Part shown: in pieces, positions 18,970-28,037 of the stretch
Numbering within the stretch: position 1 is the first letter of the stretch
How the letters are laid out: each line of letters begins with the position of its first letter
Assembly (NCBI GenBank): GCA_964611835.1
Contig: CAZTDW010000004.1
Coordinates: 1-63,514 of the forward strand
Source of the DNA: an uncultured Rikenellaceae bacterium
GTDB lineage: Bacteria; Bacteroidota; Bacteroidia; Bacteroidales; VadinHA17
Length of the DNA: 63,514 nt
Reading direction: 5' to 3'
Position numbers and translations under genes: made by a program
The notes under the pieces: generated by a model
What the model saw: only the letters and a program-made list of their open reading frames with translations
Database searches by the model: none
What the model was told of the DNA's origin: nothing

Positions 18970-20460
18970 GTGAAAACTATAGTGTTCCAGATAATCATTT
19001 TACTGATTGTAACTTCATGCGGAGCTGACAGAAATCAAGCTGACAAGATTATGGTTTCTGTTGACTGGATTGATACAGTTAACATATCCAAATCATACGC
19101 CACCCTTCAGGTTATCCCCAATCCTTCACACCAGACTGGTTCTCATCTTCGTGAACCTCTATGGAACTCATTAAAGGAACTTAAGGCTCATTATGTTCGC
19201 TACAGTCCCTGGGGCATTTATCCCGAACTGAAGATAGCAGCGTTGAAGCCTCCAACCCCTACTAAAACATACTGGGATTTTTCATCTCTTGATCCCTTGT
19301 TTGATGATTTCATGTCAGCAATGGGAGGAAGGCTTGTTGTAATGAATTATCAGGCAATTCCGGGATGGATGTTCCTTGATCCACGTCCGGAGAAACCCGG
19401 CAAGGAGATTGGCAGCCTGTTAAGAGATAGTTCAGGTATGGAACTTGCAGAATATTTTGCCAGGATCGTTGCATGGTACACAAAAGGAGGATTCAGGGAT
19501 GAACACGGAAGATGGCATGAATCCGGACACAGATATAACCCGGGCATTTGGGAGATCCTGAATGAACCTGACCATGAGAGTATTGCAATGACAAAAGAGC
19601 TATATACCTCACTTTATGATGCAGTGGCCGGGGAGATACTGAAAGTGCAGCCAGATATGAAATTTATGGGCCTGTCCATGGCCAATATGCATCTGGCACA
19701 GGAATGGACCTCTTACTTCCTGGATAGGGATAATCATAAAAAGGATGTTCCGATCGACTACATTTCATATCATATGTATGCAACACTTCCCGGGAAAAAT
19801 GATAGTCCGGAACTCTATCCCATGAATGTTTTCAATCAGGCCGACAATCATCTGAAGACCATAAGCATTGTTGATTCGATACGTCAGAAATTATCACCGG
19901 ATACAAGGATTGATATTAATGAGAGCGGGATCCTGTTCAGGGAACCCCCGGCAGGGTGGGGAAGGATGAAAGGTGATTCTATCGATCTTTCTTTCTGGAA
20001 CCTCTCTGCAGCTTATTATGCATACATATATGCCGGTCTTTCAAGACTGGGAGTTAACATTATCGGAAAATCAACATTGTGGTCTGATCCGAATGACTGG
20101 CCTGAAGTTTCCTTGTTAAACTGGAAGAACGGTAAGCCCAATGCGAGATATCATGTGCTTAAACTTATTATAGAAAATTTTGGTCCGGGCGACGCTATTG
20201 TTAAAACTTTCACAGGTCATTCCGGAGATGAAAGCCAGCTTCTTGCACAGGGATTCATAACATCTGACGGGACGAGGAAGATATTATTAGTCAACAAGAG
20301 CAGTAACGATCTTAAAGTAAGAATCAAGGGACTCAAAACGGGGAATGTCTGTTATGTGGATCAGACGACAGGATTTGAACCTCCAGCTTCAATGGAAATT
20401 TCGGGATCAGACCTGATGATCCGAAATTTTGGGGTGGCTGTTTTGATAGTAAAAAGATAA
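18970..20460 (+). CDS. Clan GH-A glycoside hydrolase (GH39-like), lipoprotein
   Basis: GTG start and lipobox (LIVTSCG). WEILNEPDHE is an NEP acid/base-type motif and IDINESG is a candidate nucleophile. The family assignment is tentative. Confidence 0.5.
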   Translation: MKTIVFQIIILLIVTSCGADRNQADKIMVSVDWIDTVNISKSYATLQVIPNPSHQTGSHLREPLWNSLKELKAHYVRYSPWGIYPELKIAALKPPTPTKTYWDFSSLDPLFDDFMSAMGGRLVVMNYQAIPGWMFLDPRPEKPGKEIGSLLRDSSGMELAEYFARIVAWYTKGGFRDEHGRWHESGHRYNPGIWEILNEPDHESIAMTKELYTSLYDAVAGEILKVQPDMKFMGLSMANMHLAQEWTSYFLDRDNHKKDVPIDYISYHMYATLPGKNDSPELYPMNVFNQADNHLKTISIVDSIRQKLSPDTRIDINESGILFREPPAGWGRMKGDSIDLSFWNLSAAYYAYIYAGLSRLGVNIIGKSTLWSDPNDWPEVSLLNWKNGKPNARYHVLKLIIENFGPGDAIVKTFTGHSGDESQLLAQGFITSDGTRKILLVNKSSNDLKVRIKGLKTGNVCYVDQTTGFEPPASMEISGSDLMIRNFGVAVLIVKR

Positions 20461-20566
20461 TCGGCAGCATTGCCGAGGGTATAATATTTTTTATCTGTCT
20501 TGAACTCTTAAGTCTGAAAGGGTTTAATATGTTGAAAATGTATCGCACAAGTGTTATAACAAAATT

Positions 20567-21907
20567 ATGAAGAACTTTATGATAGTATTAAAGTTTATGC
20601 CCCAGACTTTATTAACTGTGCTGGTAGCCCTATTCATACATGCTCAGACACTGACAGGTCAGACTGAGATTTCAAAGTGGCAGTATGGGAAAAAGGGAGC
20701 TGTTTCAATAACATATGATGATGGTTCAATTAATCAGTTCAGAAAGGCTGTGCCAATCATGAACCAGCTGAATATGCCTGGCACCTTCTTTATAAACACA
20801 GGTAATATACCTGGTTCAGTATACCAGGCTAAGTTCATAGGTCGTCCGGTAAAAGAGATAATAAATGAAGCAAAAACGATTCCGACAACCAGGAATAATT
20901 TCTATGAAAGGGCTTCAGCTGCCAGATTCCTGGGTTACAGGGGTATATCTGAATATTTCACAAATGCAGGCGGGCAGCTTGATGCAGGCAGGGAAGAAGA
21001 GGCATTCAGGATCATTGATGATCTTTACAGGAAAGTCAACTGTGGGGAATTTCTGCCGGAGACAGGATCGGAGAGAAAAGGTAACCGTGAAAATATTCTG
21101 ACCTGGGATATGATTAAAACATTCGCTTCACAGGGGCATGAGTTTGCCAGTCATACGATCGGACATCCCTACCTGGGAGTGCTTGACGAACCCAATATGA
21201 TCTATGAACTTGAGAAAAGCCGTGACGATATACTTAACCAGCTTGGACCAAAACATACATTTTCAGCTGAAACTCCATATTGTTCACAGGATGAGAGGGT
21301 TCTGGATTATGCGTTCAGATTTTATCCGGCTGTAAGAAGCGGTCTGACTGATGAATTCTTTCAGCAGATCAGGTTTTCCAGCCACAAGACACCAGTCAGT
21401 CAGGAAAATGAATATGTGCAATGGCAGCGTGGTACTTACACAAAAATACCTTTGTCGGTATATAAGGACTGGGTTGATACAACAGTCTGTCAGAATAATA
21501 TCTGGCTTGTTCTGATAATCCATGGGTTGGATGGGATAGGATGGGAACCGGTGAAGAGCGAAGAAATTGATGAGTACTTCAGGTACATCAAATCGAAAGA
21601 GAATGACCTGTGGATTGCAACATATGGTGATGTGACCAGATATATCCGCGAAAGGATGAAAGCTGAAGTAAAATCATCAGAGACCAGGAGAAAAATAACG
21701 GTAACACTCAAACACTCGCTTGATAAGAACATTTATGATCTTCCGCTTACACTCAGGACTGTGGTTAAACCGGGGTGGGATGAGGTGACAGTGAGACAGA
21801 ACGGTATTGAAAAGAGGATCAAAACGCAGCAGGAAGGCGAAGTAACATTTGTGCTGTATCAGGCACTGCCAAATTCCGGTAAAATTGAGATTTCAGAATA
21901 TAAATAA
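20567..21907 (+). CDS. Polysaccharide deacetylase (CE4 / NodB homology domain)
   Basis: Signal peptide. GAVSITYDDGSINQF (TxDD motif) and FASHTIGHPYL (His motif). 446 aa. Confidence 0.75.
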   Translation: MKNFMIVLKFMPQTLLTVLVALFIHAQTLTGQTEISKWQYGKKGAVSITYDDGSINQFRKAVPIMNQLNMPGTFFINTGNIPGSVYQAKFIGRPVKEIINEAKTIPTTRNNFYERASAARFLGYRGISEYFTNAGGQLDAGREEEAFRIIDDLYRKVNCGEFLPETGSERKGNRENILTWDMIKTFASQGHEFASHTIGHPYLGVLDEPNMIYELEKSRDDILNQLGPKHTFSAETPYCSQDERVLDYAFRFYPAVRSGLTDEFFQQIRFSSHKTPVSQENEYVQWQRGTYTKIPLSVYKDWVDTTVCQNNIWLVLIIHGLDGIGWEPVKSEEIDEYFRYIKSKENDLWIATYGDVTRYIRERMKAEVKSSETRRKITVTLKHSLDKNIYDLPLTLRTVVKPGWDEVTVRQNGIEKRIKTQQEGEVTFVLYQALPNSGKIEISEYK

Positions 21908-22480
21908 TCTGATCCGGCAGAAAAACCGGTGATAACGATCATAACATACAGAAATGATTGAACCGGCTAACAAAAGGAGAAACAAATGGATTTTATCCAT
22001 CTTTTATTCGGCATTAAGCCCCTCAATTCTTAATTTCAGATAAAGCCAACCGAGCAGACGGGGAAAAATAATAGCTTTCGCCACTCTCAAAGGAGGAATC
22101 TTTGGAGATATCCAGGGTACTTTAATGTTTTCAATCATTGGTGTACAGATTTTTAAATAACCGATTGCTTTTGTCACTGCTCACTTCGACCAGGAGTTAT
22201 TTACAGTCGAAGTTTGAGAATCTGAAAGTCATTTCTGACTATCTTCGGGAATTCAATAAGGTTTAAATATTCCCCTATATCAAAACTATTTTCAACACTT
22301 CAGATAAATGACATCACACACAAAAAACGGATAGTCACTTCCCCGATGTGGCAGTATGCTGCAAGAGAGCCGGGAGATGATGTGGGATGGCCGTTGCAGT
22401 ATCTGAGGGCGAAGAAGGAGTAAAGGCATAACGGCATTAAGGCATTGAGGATTCCAAGATTAAGTAACAAACTTTTAACA

Positions 22481-23188
22481 ATGGAAAAAAAAGAAGATGA
22501 TTATCTGGCGCCACACTTCGTACAACGGAGTAATTGGCTCAGGGCAGCTGTTCTCGGCGCAAATGATGGTATTTTATCAACCGCAAGTCTTGCTATAGGT
22601 ATTGCGGCAGCAAGTGAACTTAGAGAACCCGTAGTACTGGCAACAGTGGCAGGTCTGGTAGCCGGAGCGTTGTCAATGGCTGCCGGAGAGTATGTTTCAG
22701 TCAGCTCCCAGACCGATGTTGAAAAGGCAGACATAAGCCGCGAAATTCAGGAATTACAGGAAATGCCCGAGCTTGAACTGGAACGGTTAACTGAAATTTA
22801 CGAGAAAAGAGGCCTGAAAAGAGAAACCGCCCTGACCGTTGCAAAGGAATTAACCCAACATGATGCCCTGGGCGCTCATTTGAGGGATGAACTGGGCTTA
22901 AACGAAATATCTCAGGCCAGGCCAATTCAGGCTGCATTTGCATCGTGCGGATCATTTGCTCTCGGAGGATTACTTCCGCTTCTGGTCACCCTGTTCATGC
23001 CAATGAAATTTATGGAATATTCACTCTATGTTTTTGCCATCATTTTCCTCATTATGCTTGGAATCATAGCTGCCAGAGCAGGTGGATCGAACATAAAAAA
23101 AGCAGTGATCAGGATCACGTTCTGGGGTACAGTAGCTATGGGGTTAACCGCATTTGTAGGGTATTTATTCGGAGTTAACCTTGGATAA
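22481..23188 (+). CDS. VIT1/CCC1-family iron/manganese transporter
   Basis: SNWLRAAVLGANDGILSTASLAIGIAAA and the C-terminal TM helices are typical of the VIT family. The start is placed at MEKKEDD (22481) rather than the track start 22445. Confidence 0.8.
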   Translation: MEKKEDDYLAPHFVQRSNWLRAAVLGANDGILSTASLAIGIAAASELREPVVLATVAGLVAGALSMAAGEYVSVSSQTDVEKADISREIQELQEMPELELERLTEIYEKRGLKRETALTVAKELTQHDALGAHLRDELGLNEISQARPIQAAFASCGSFALGGLLPLLVTLFMPMKFMEYSLYVFAIIFLIMLGIIAARAGGSNIKKAVIRITFWGTVAMGLTAFVGYLFGVNLG

Positions 23189-23189
23189 C

Positions 23190-23216
23190 TTCAGGGTGGA
23201 ACCAAAGCGCCCTGAA
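23190..23216. terminator. Candidate terminator hairpin between convergent genes
   Basis: TTCAGGG (23190-23196) pairs with CCCTGAA (23210-23216), immediately after the VIT stop codon. Confidence 0.3.
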
Positions 23217-23273
23217 AGTGCCGGCGGCCATAAGCACCTTACGTCATTCTAAACTGGTTTATTCAGGCAGGTG

Positions 23274-24020
23274 TCACGGTTCATAGATCATCTTCCTTGT
23301 CATGCCACCATCGATGATAAGGTTAATGCCATTAACAAAATCGTTCCCATCAGCTGTAAGGTAAAGACAAGCCCGGGCAATATCGTCAGGCTTTCCGACC
23401 CTGCCCGACAGATGCTGGTTATGATCGGATTCACGAAGAAGACTGTAGTCACCGGTCTCGATCCAGCCCGGACTGATGCAGTTTACCCTTATATGGTCGG
23501 GTGAAAAGGATGCAGCCAGAGAATGGGTAAGCGATACTATACCGCCTTTCGAAGCAGCATAGGCTTCACTTGCCGGTTCTGACATAATAGCCCTTGTCGA
23601 AGCTATATTCACAATTGATCCACCTCCATTCTCCCTCATTATCCTCGCAGCCTCTCTTGAAAACAGGAAAGCCCCCCTTAGATTGGTATTGATTATCTCA
23701 TCCCAATCCTCAATTGTGATCTCATAAGGAGATCTCCATGCTGAAATGCCAGCATTGTTGATAAGGATATCTATAGTGCCAAACATTTCCCTGGTCTTCG
23801 CAATCAGATCTTCAATGTCGCCAGGACGGCTCACATCCGTTTGCTGAAAAACTGCACTGCCACCTGATGAGAGTATCTGTCCTTCTGTTTCCCGGCCTGA
23901 ATCACTGTTTTTCTCAGCTATTACGACTTTTGCTCCCTCTGAGGCGTAAGTCACGGCAATACACCGTCCTATGCCTTTGCCCGATCCTGTAACAATGACA
24001 ACCTTTTCTTTGAACCTCAT
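23274..24020 (-). CDS. SDR-family oxidoreductase (glucose 1-dehydrogenase / 3-oxoacyl-ACP reductase-like)
   Basis: VTGSGKGIGR, NNAG and YAASKGG motifs. The start is placed at MRFKEKVVIVTG (24020). The track ORF extends to 24128. Confidence 0.85.
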   Translation of the reverse strand: MRFKEKVVIVTGSGKGIGRCIAVTYASEGAKVVIAEKNSDSGRETEGQILSSGGSAVFQQTDVSRPGDIEDLIAKTREMFGTIDILINNAGISAWRSPYEITIEDWDEIINTNLRGAFLFSREAARIMRENGGGSIVNIASTRAIMSEPASEAYAASKGGIVSLTHSLAASFSPDHIRVNCISPGWIETGDYSLLRESDHNQHLSGRVGKPDDIARACLYLTADGNDFVNGINLIIDGGMTRKMIYEP

Positions 24021-24306
24021 AGTTTTTTCTGGATTTACTGCAGGATTAAAGGTAGGCAATAAAATGGTTTCTTCAATTTTGGTTTTCTCAGCCTGCGCCG
24101 GCGTTACGTGGCAGAAAGCCGGCAGCAACCTGTCATCGTTTGGTTACGGGGATTGAGGCGGGCAAGGCATTACAAGATCCTGGCTCCCCGGTATCGGTTG
24201 CCGGTCCGGACCGACCAACTTAAACCAGCGTTATTCATGTGACCGGTTGAAAAAAGTAATTTCCCGGCGGAATGCAATCAAGGCTACCGTATCTTAAAAT
24301 CTAAGG

Positions 24307-24642
24307 CTATTTCTTTTTTGATTTCAATACTAGATTGTATGAGTGGTCGATCCATGAAAACACTTCCTTATCAGGAACAGATCCATCGATAAAAATAGTG
24401 TTCCAGTGTTTTTTATTCATATGATAACCCGGTATTACGGTTGAATGTCTTTCTCTTAATTCAACAGCCAGGACCGGGTCGCATTTCAGATTAATACTAA
24501 GCTCACCTTCGAGATTGACAAGGGCAAAGATCCGTCCCTCTGTTTTGAAAACAAGTGTGTCATCGCCAAACGGGAAGCTTTCGGTGACATTTCTTTTCGA
24601 AATACAGTATTCTCTCAGGGTTTCGATATTCATAAGCTGCAA
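24307..24642 (-). CDS. MmcQ/YjbR-family protein
   Basis: 111 aa. The pattern ESFPFGDDTLVFKTEGRIFAL...PGYHMNKKHWNTI is typical of YjbR. Confidence 0.7.
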   Translation of the reverse strand: MQLMNIETLREYCISKRNVTESFPFGDDTLVFKTEGRIFALVNLEGELSINLKCDPVLAVELRERHSTVIPGYHMNKKHWNTIFIDGSVPDKEVFSWIDHSYNLVLKSKKK

Positions 24643-24963
24643 CGGAGGATGGTGGTAATATCTTTAACACGATTTAGTGTCTGCAAGTTATGATATCATT
24701 ATGTATTTGTCAAGTCTTTGCGGCTTCATACAAGTTCAGAGCTTTTAAAGGATATCCTTGCAGATATTGCTGATGCCGGGGTGCCGATCATGTTTGTCAG
24801 GTCTGATAAAGAAAGATACATTTCACAAAATAACAGTTATTTAAAGGTGATGCAGGATTGTCAACAGAATATGGTATAAAGTGGTCAATGACCCTGGTTT
24901 GTGTACAGCGAACATATTAAGGAATCGATTGTTAATGATTAATTAGCTTAATAATCAATTACC

Positions 24964-25599
24964 ATGGAAAAAATCGGAATCATAGGTTCAGGACTCGTTG
25001 CAAAAGCGCTTGCAAAGGGACTAATAAAACACGGTTACCAGGTTTTTGTAGGATCAGGTAACATGGTAAAGCGGGAAGAAGTTAAAAATGAGACAGGTGC
25101 CTTAACAGGATCATTTAAAGATGCAGTTGAATTTGCCGATACTGTCATCCTTGCGGTAAAAGGTACTGCAAGCGAAAAAGTCGTAAGCGGACTTTCAGTC
25201 GATCTTAAGGGAAAAACAGTCATTGACGCCACTAATCCGCTTGCTGACAAGCCACCAGTAAATGGGGTACTTAGTTACTTCACCTCTTTGGATGAATCAC
25301 TCATGGAAAGGCTCCAGAAACTTGCCCCTGAAGCAAGTTTTGTAAAGGCTTTCAACAGTGTCGGCAACGGATTTATGATCGATCCGGGATTTGACTCAAA
25401 GCCGACAATGTTTATTTGCGGAAATAATCCTGAAGCCAAAAAGAAAACGGCTTCTCTGATCGAAAAAGTAGGCTGGGAAGTTGAAGATATGGGAGGAGTG
25501 GAATCTGCAAGGGCAATTGAGCCGTTATGCATGCTCTGGTGTGTGCCCGGGTTGCTGCAAAACAGATGGAGCCATGCATTCAAACTGCTAAAGAAATAA
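24964..25599 (+). CDS. NADPH-dependent F420 reductase-like / NAD(P)-binding oxidoreductase
   Basis: N-terminal Rossmann IGIIGSGLVAKALAKGL. 211 aa. Confidence 0.65.
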   Translation: MEKIGIIGSGLVAKALAKGLIKHGYQVFVGSGNMVKREEVKNETGALTGSFKDAVEFADTVILAVKGTASEKVVSGLSVDLKGKTVIDATNPLADKPPVNGVLSYFTSLDESLMERLQKLAPEASFVKAFNSVGNGFMIDPGFDSKPTMFICGNNPEAKKKTASLIEKVGWEVEDMGGVESARAIEPLCMLWCVPGLLQNRWSHAFKLLKK

Positions 25600-25783
25600 A
25601 GGCAATTTCCTGCTTCGTCTGGAGTTACTGACCAGAAAACTCCTTTTGATTCTGATAATGCTTAGACCGTGAATTCCGACCACTCTCTTCTGGTTGTTCA
25701 TATCTGTTTACATGAAGAGCCCTCGGTTATTCTGATGATTTTTAATTATATTTTTACTATAGCATTGTAAAAGACAGTTTTTT

Positions 25784-26461
25784 ATGAACATTATTATCAC
25801 AGGCACGACAGGAATGGTAGGAGAAGGTATTTTAATTGAATGTCTCAACCAGCCGCAAGTAACAAAAATATTGAGTGTAAGCCGTAAACCGACGGGCCTG
25901 CAGCATCCGAAAATGAAAGAATACATTGTGCCTGATTTCCTTGCCCTCCGGGTAAACGATGAGAACCTTAAGGGATACGATGCCTGCTTTTTCTGTGCAG
26001 GTGTAAGCAGCGTGGGAATGAGGGAAGAAGAATACAGGCGTATTACATACGACACAACAATGAACTTCGCCAAAGCTCTTAATCCTGACCAGCAAATGTC
26101 ATTTGTGTATGTGAGCGGAGGAGGGACCGATAGCACAGAAAAAGGAAGGCTTGCATGGGCAAGGATAAAAGGCAAAACCGAGAACGACCTGATGAAGCTT
26201 CCCTTTAAGCAGTCTTTCGGCTTTCGGATTGGTTTACTGATCCCTTCTCCCGGACAAAAAAGAGTATTGAAATATTATAAATATGTCTCCTGGATGTTGC
26301 CTGTCATTAAATTAACAATACCCAATGCAGTATCTACAATGAATCAGGTCGCCCTTGCCATGATTTATGTTTCACAACATGGCTACAGGAATAATGTGAT
26401 CTATGTAAAGGATATAAGAGTCATAGCTGAGAAAGCATCAAAAGAAATCGGATCCTTGTAA
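25784..26461 (+). CDS. NAD(P)H-binding (atypical SDR/NmrA-like) protein
   Basis: IIITGTTGMVGEG glycine-rich motif. 225 aa. Confidence 0.65.
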   Translation: MNIIITGTTGMVGEGILIECLNQPQVTKILSVSRKPTGLQHPKMKEYIVPDFLALRVNDENLKGYDACFFCAGVSSVGMREEEYRRITYDTTMNFAKALNPDQQMSFVYVSGGGTDSTEKGRLAWARIKGKTENDLMKLPFKQSFGFRIGLLIPSPGQKRVLKYYKYVSWMLPVIKLTIPNAVSTMNQVALAMIYVSQHGYRNNVIYVKDIRVIAEKASKEIGSL

Positions 26462-26530
26462 GGTTCTAAATCCATGTCATTGGCCACTTCTCACCGGATA
26501 TTATTTGCCATTCTCCACAGGTTGCAAATA

Positions 26531-27526
26531 TCAATTATCAAGTAAAAATGAACTAATAGACCTTATCAAAGTGTCTCTGCTTGAAAAAATTAAAGATGTA
26601 TGCGAACCTTTTGGTGTCTCAATTATAGCAGCATTTTTAAATTCACTGCTGATTCTGTTCATGCTTTTAATTCTCCAGTTGCTCAATAAATTGTTTTCAA
26701 TAGAATCATATAACTTAACAATTGAAGGGTCCTGGCTGGGAGGATACAAGTAAGGCCTGGCATAAATAATAAGTGCGGGTGCCGCTATCCTGTCATATTC
26801 CCGGTGATATTTCATTGCAGACTCCAATATCACTTTTGACATCCTGTCGTCCGGAATTGTCGTTATACTGCTGTCATTGTTTACAAGTACAGATGCCTGC
26901 AGATTTGATTCAATTGTTTCATTCCATTCAATATCAGGGAACCAAAAACCATGGTACCATTTCCGATAAGATTCCATTGACCTCAAATCTTCTGGGGACG
27001 GTAAAAAAGACCTGGGCAGACTTTTTAAGAAGATTTCAAATTCCTTGTCCGACATATCATATCCTGCTTCAAGATAGATAAGTTTGTTTGTCCTTTCAGG
27101 ATATCGAATGGCAAACTCTGTAATCTCATTGCCACCCATTGACCAGCCCAGCAGATTTACCTTTTCAATTTTTAGTCTGTCAACTAAAAGTTTCAGATCT
27201 GAAACCAGTTCCTCATTGGTATATACGGCATTCAGCGCTATTGATTTACAATGGCCTCGCCTTGAATAAGCAATGATCCTGAAATTATTCTTTAACGCTG
27301 AAGCGATGTCTTGAAAAATATATGGGGAGTCACCAAGTCCATGAATCATAACAAGCGGTTGCCCGGAACCTCCCCAGTCGAGGTAATGAATCTTTACATT
27401 TCCGGACTGTATAAAACCCTCGATATAATTCGGTTTCGATTCCATAGATGATTTCTTTTCATGTGATTGACAACTCATTAGGGGCCAAATTATGCAACAA
27501 ACAATAAGCGAAAATGTGTTTCTCAT
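26531..27526 (-). CDS. Alpha/beta hydrolase, secreted
   Basis: Signal peptide, HGLGDS oxyanion region and nucleophile elbow GWSMGG. Confidence 0.8.
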   Translation of the reverse strand: MRNTFSLIVCCIIWPLMSCQSHEKKSSMESKPNYIEGFIQSGNVKIHYLDWGGSGQPLVMIHGLGDSPYIFQDIASALKNNFRIIAYSRRGHCKSIALNAVYTNEELVSDLKLLVDRLKIEKVNLLGWSMGGNEITEFAIRYPERTNKLIYLEAGYDMSDKEFEIFLKSLPRSFLPSPEDLRSMESYRKWYHGFWFPDIEWNETIESNLQASVLVNNDSSITTIPDDRMSKVILESAMKYHREYDRIAAPALIIYARPYLYPPSQDPSIVKLYDSIENNLLSNWRIKSMNRISSEFKNAAIIETPKGSHTSLIFSSRDTLIRSISSFLLDN

Positions 27527-28037
27527 GAGATTGGTGGTATTTGATCTGACTTTTTTTCATGTTTAAATATCATTATCTGGATTACACAGTGTAACGAATG
27601 AAAGTAATTTGGGTTCAATACAAGAGGTGATATAAAGATTTGGTCAGAAAAGTACTGTTTTTATATTGGACGATTTAAAACTGATACAGAATTTATGGAT
27701 CATTATGGAGAGGGAACCTATAGATTAAATGGGAATAAATTGAGGAGCAAGTTTTATGGCATTATAAGCAAGCATCTTTTGGTAACAAAGTAAAAATGAT
27801 AATGGAACTTTAAAACGATACCCTAATTCATACTTTTCCTGTGAATGAAAATGGGAAGGGGAATGATAAACTCTAGTATGTTCAAAAGTATGTAAGGTTG
27901 GATTAAATTCATCTTTCCCGTTCGGGCTTGAGGGTAAGAATATTTTCACTTCATCAATTCAAATAAAAACGCCGCACCCTTTTGCAGATCCTGGCACCGA
28001 ATGCTGACACCACCGGTCAGTGCCCTGTGTCTTACAA

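Noticed and set aside
22300-22480. yybP-ykoY (Mn) riboswitch upstream of the VIT transporter
   Set aside because: There is only a loose GAAGGAGTAAAGGC resemblance to the GGGGAGUAG element. The second conserved half and the four-way-junction pairing are not evident. Checking requires cmsearch with RF00080.
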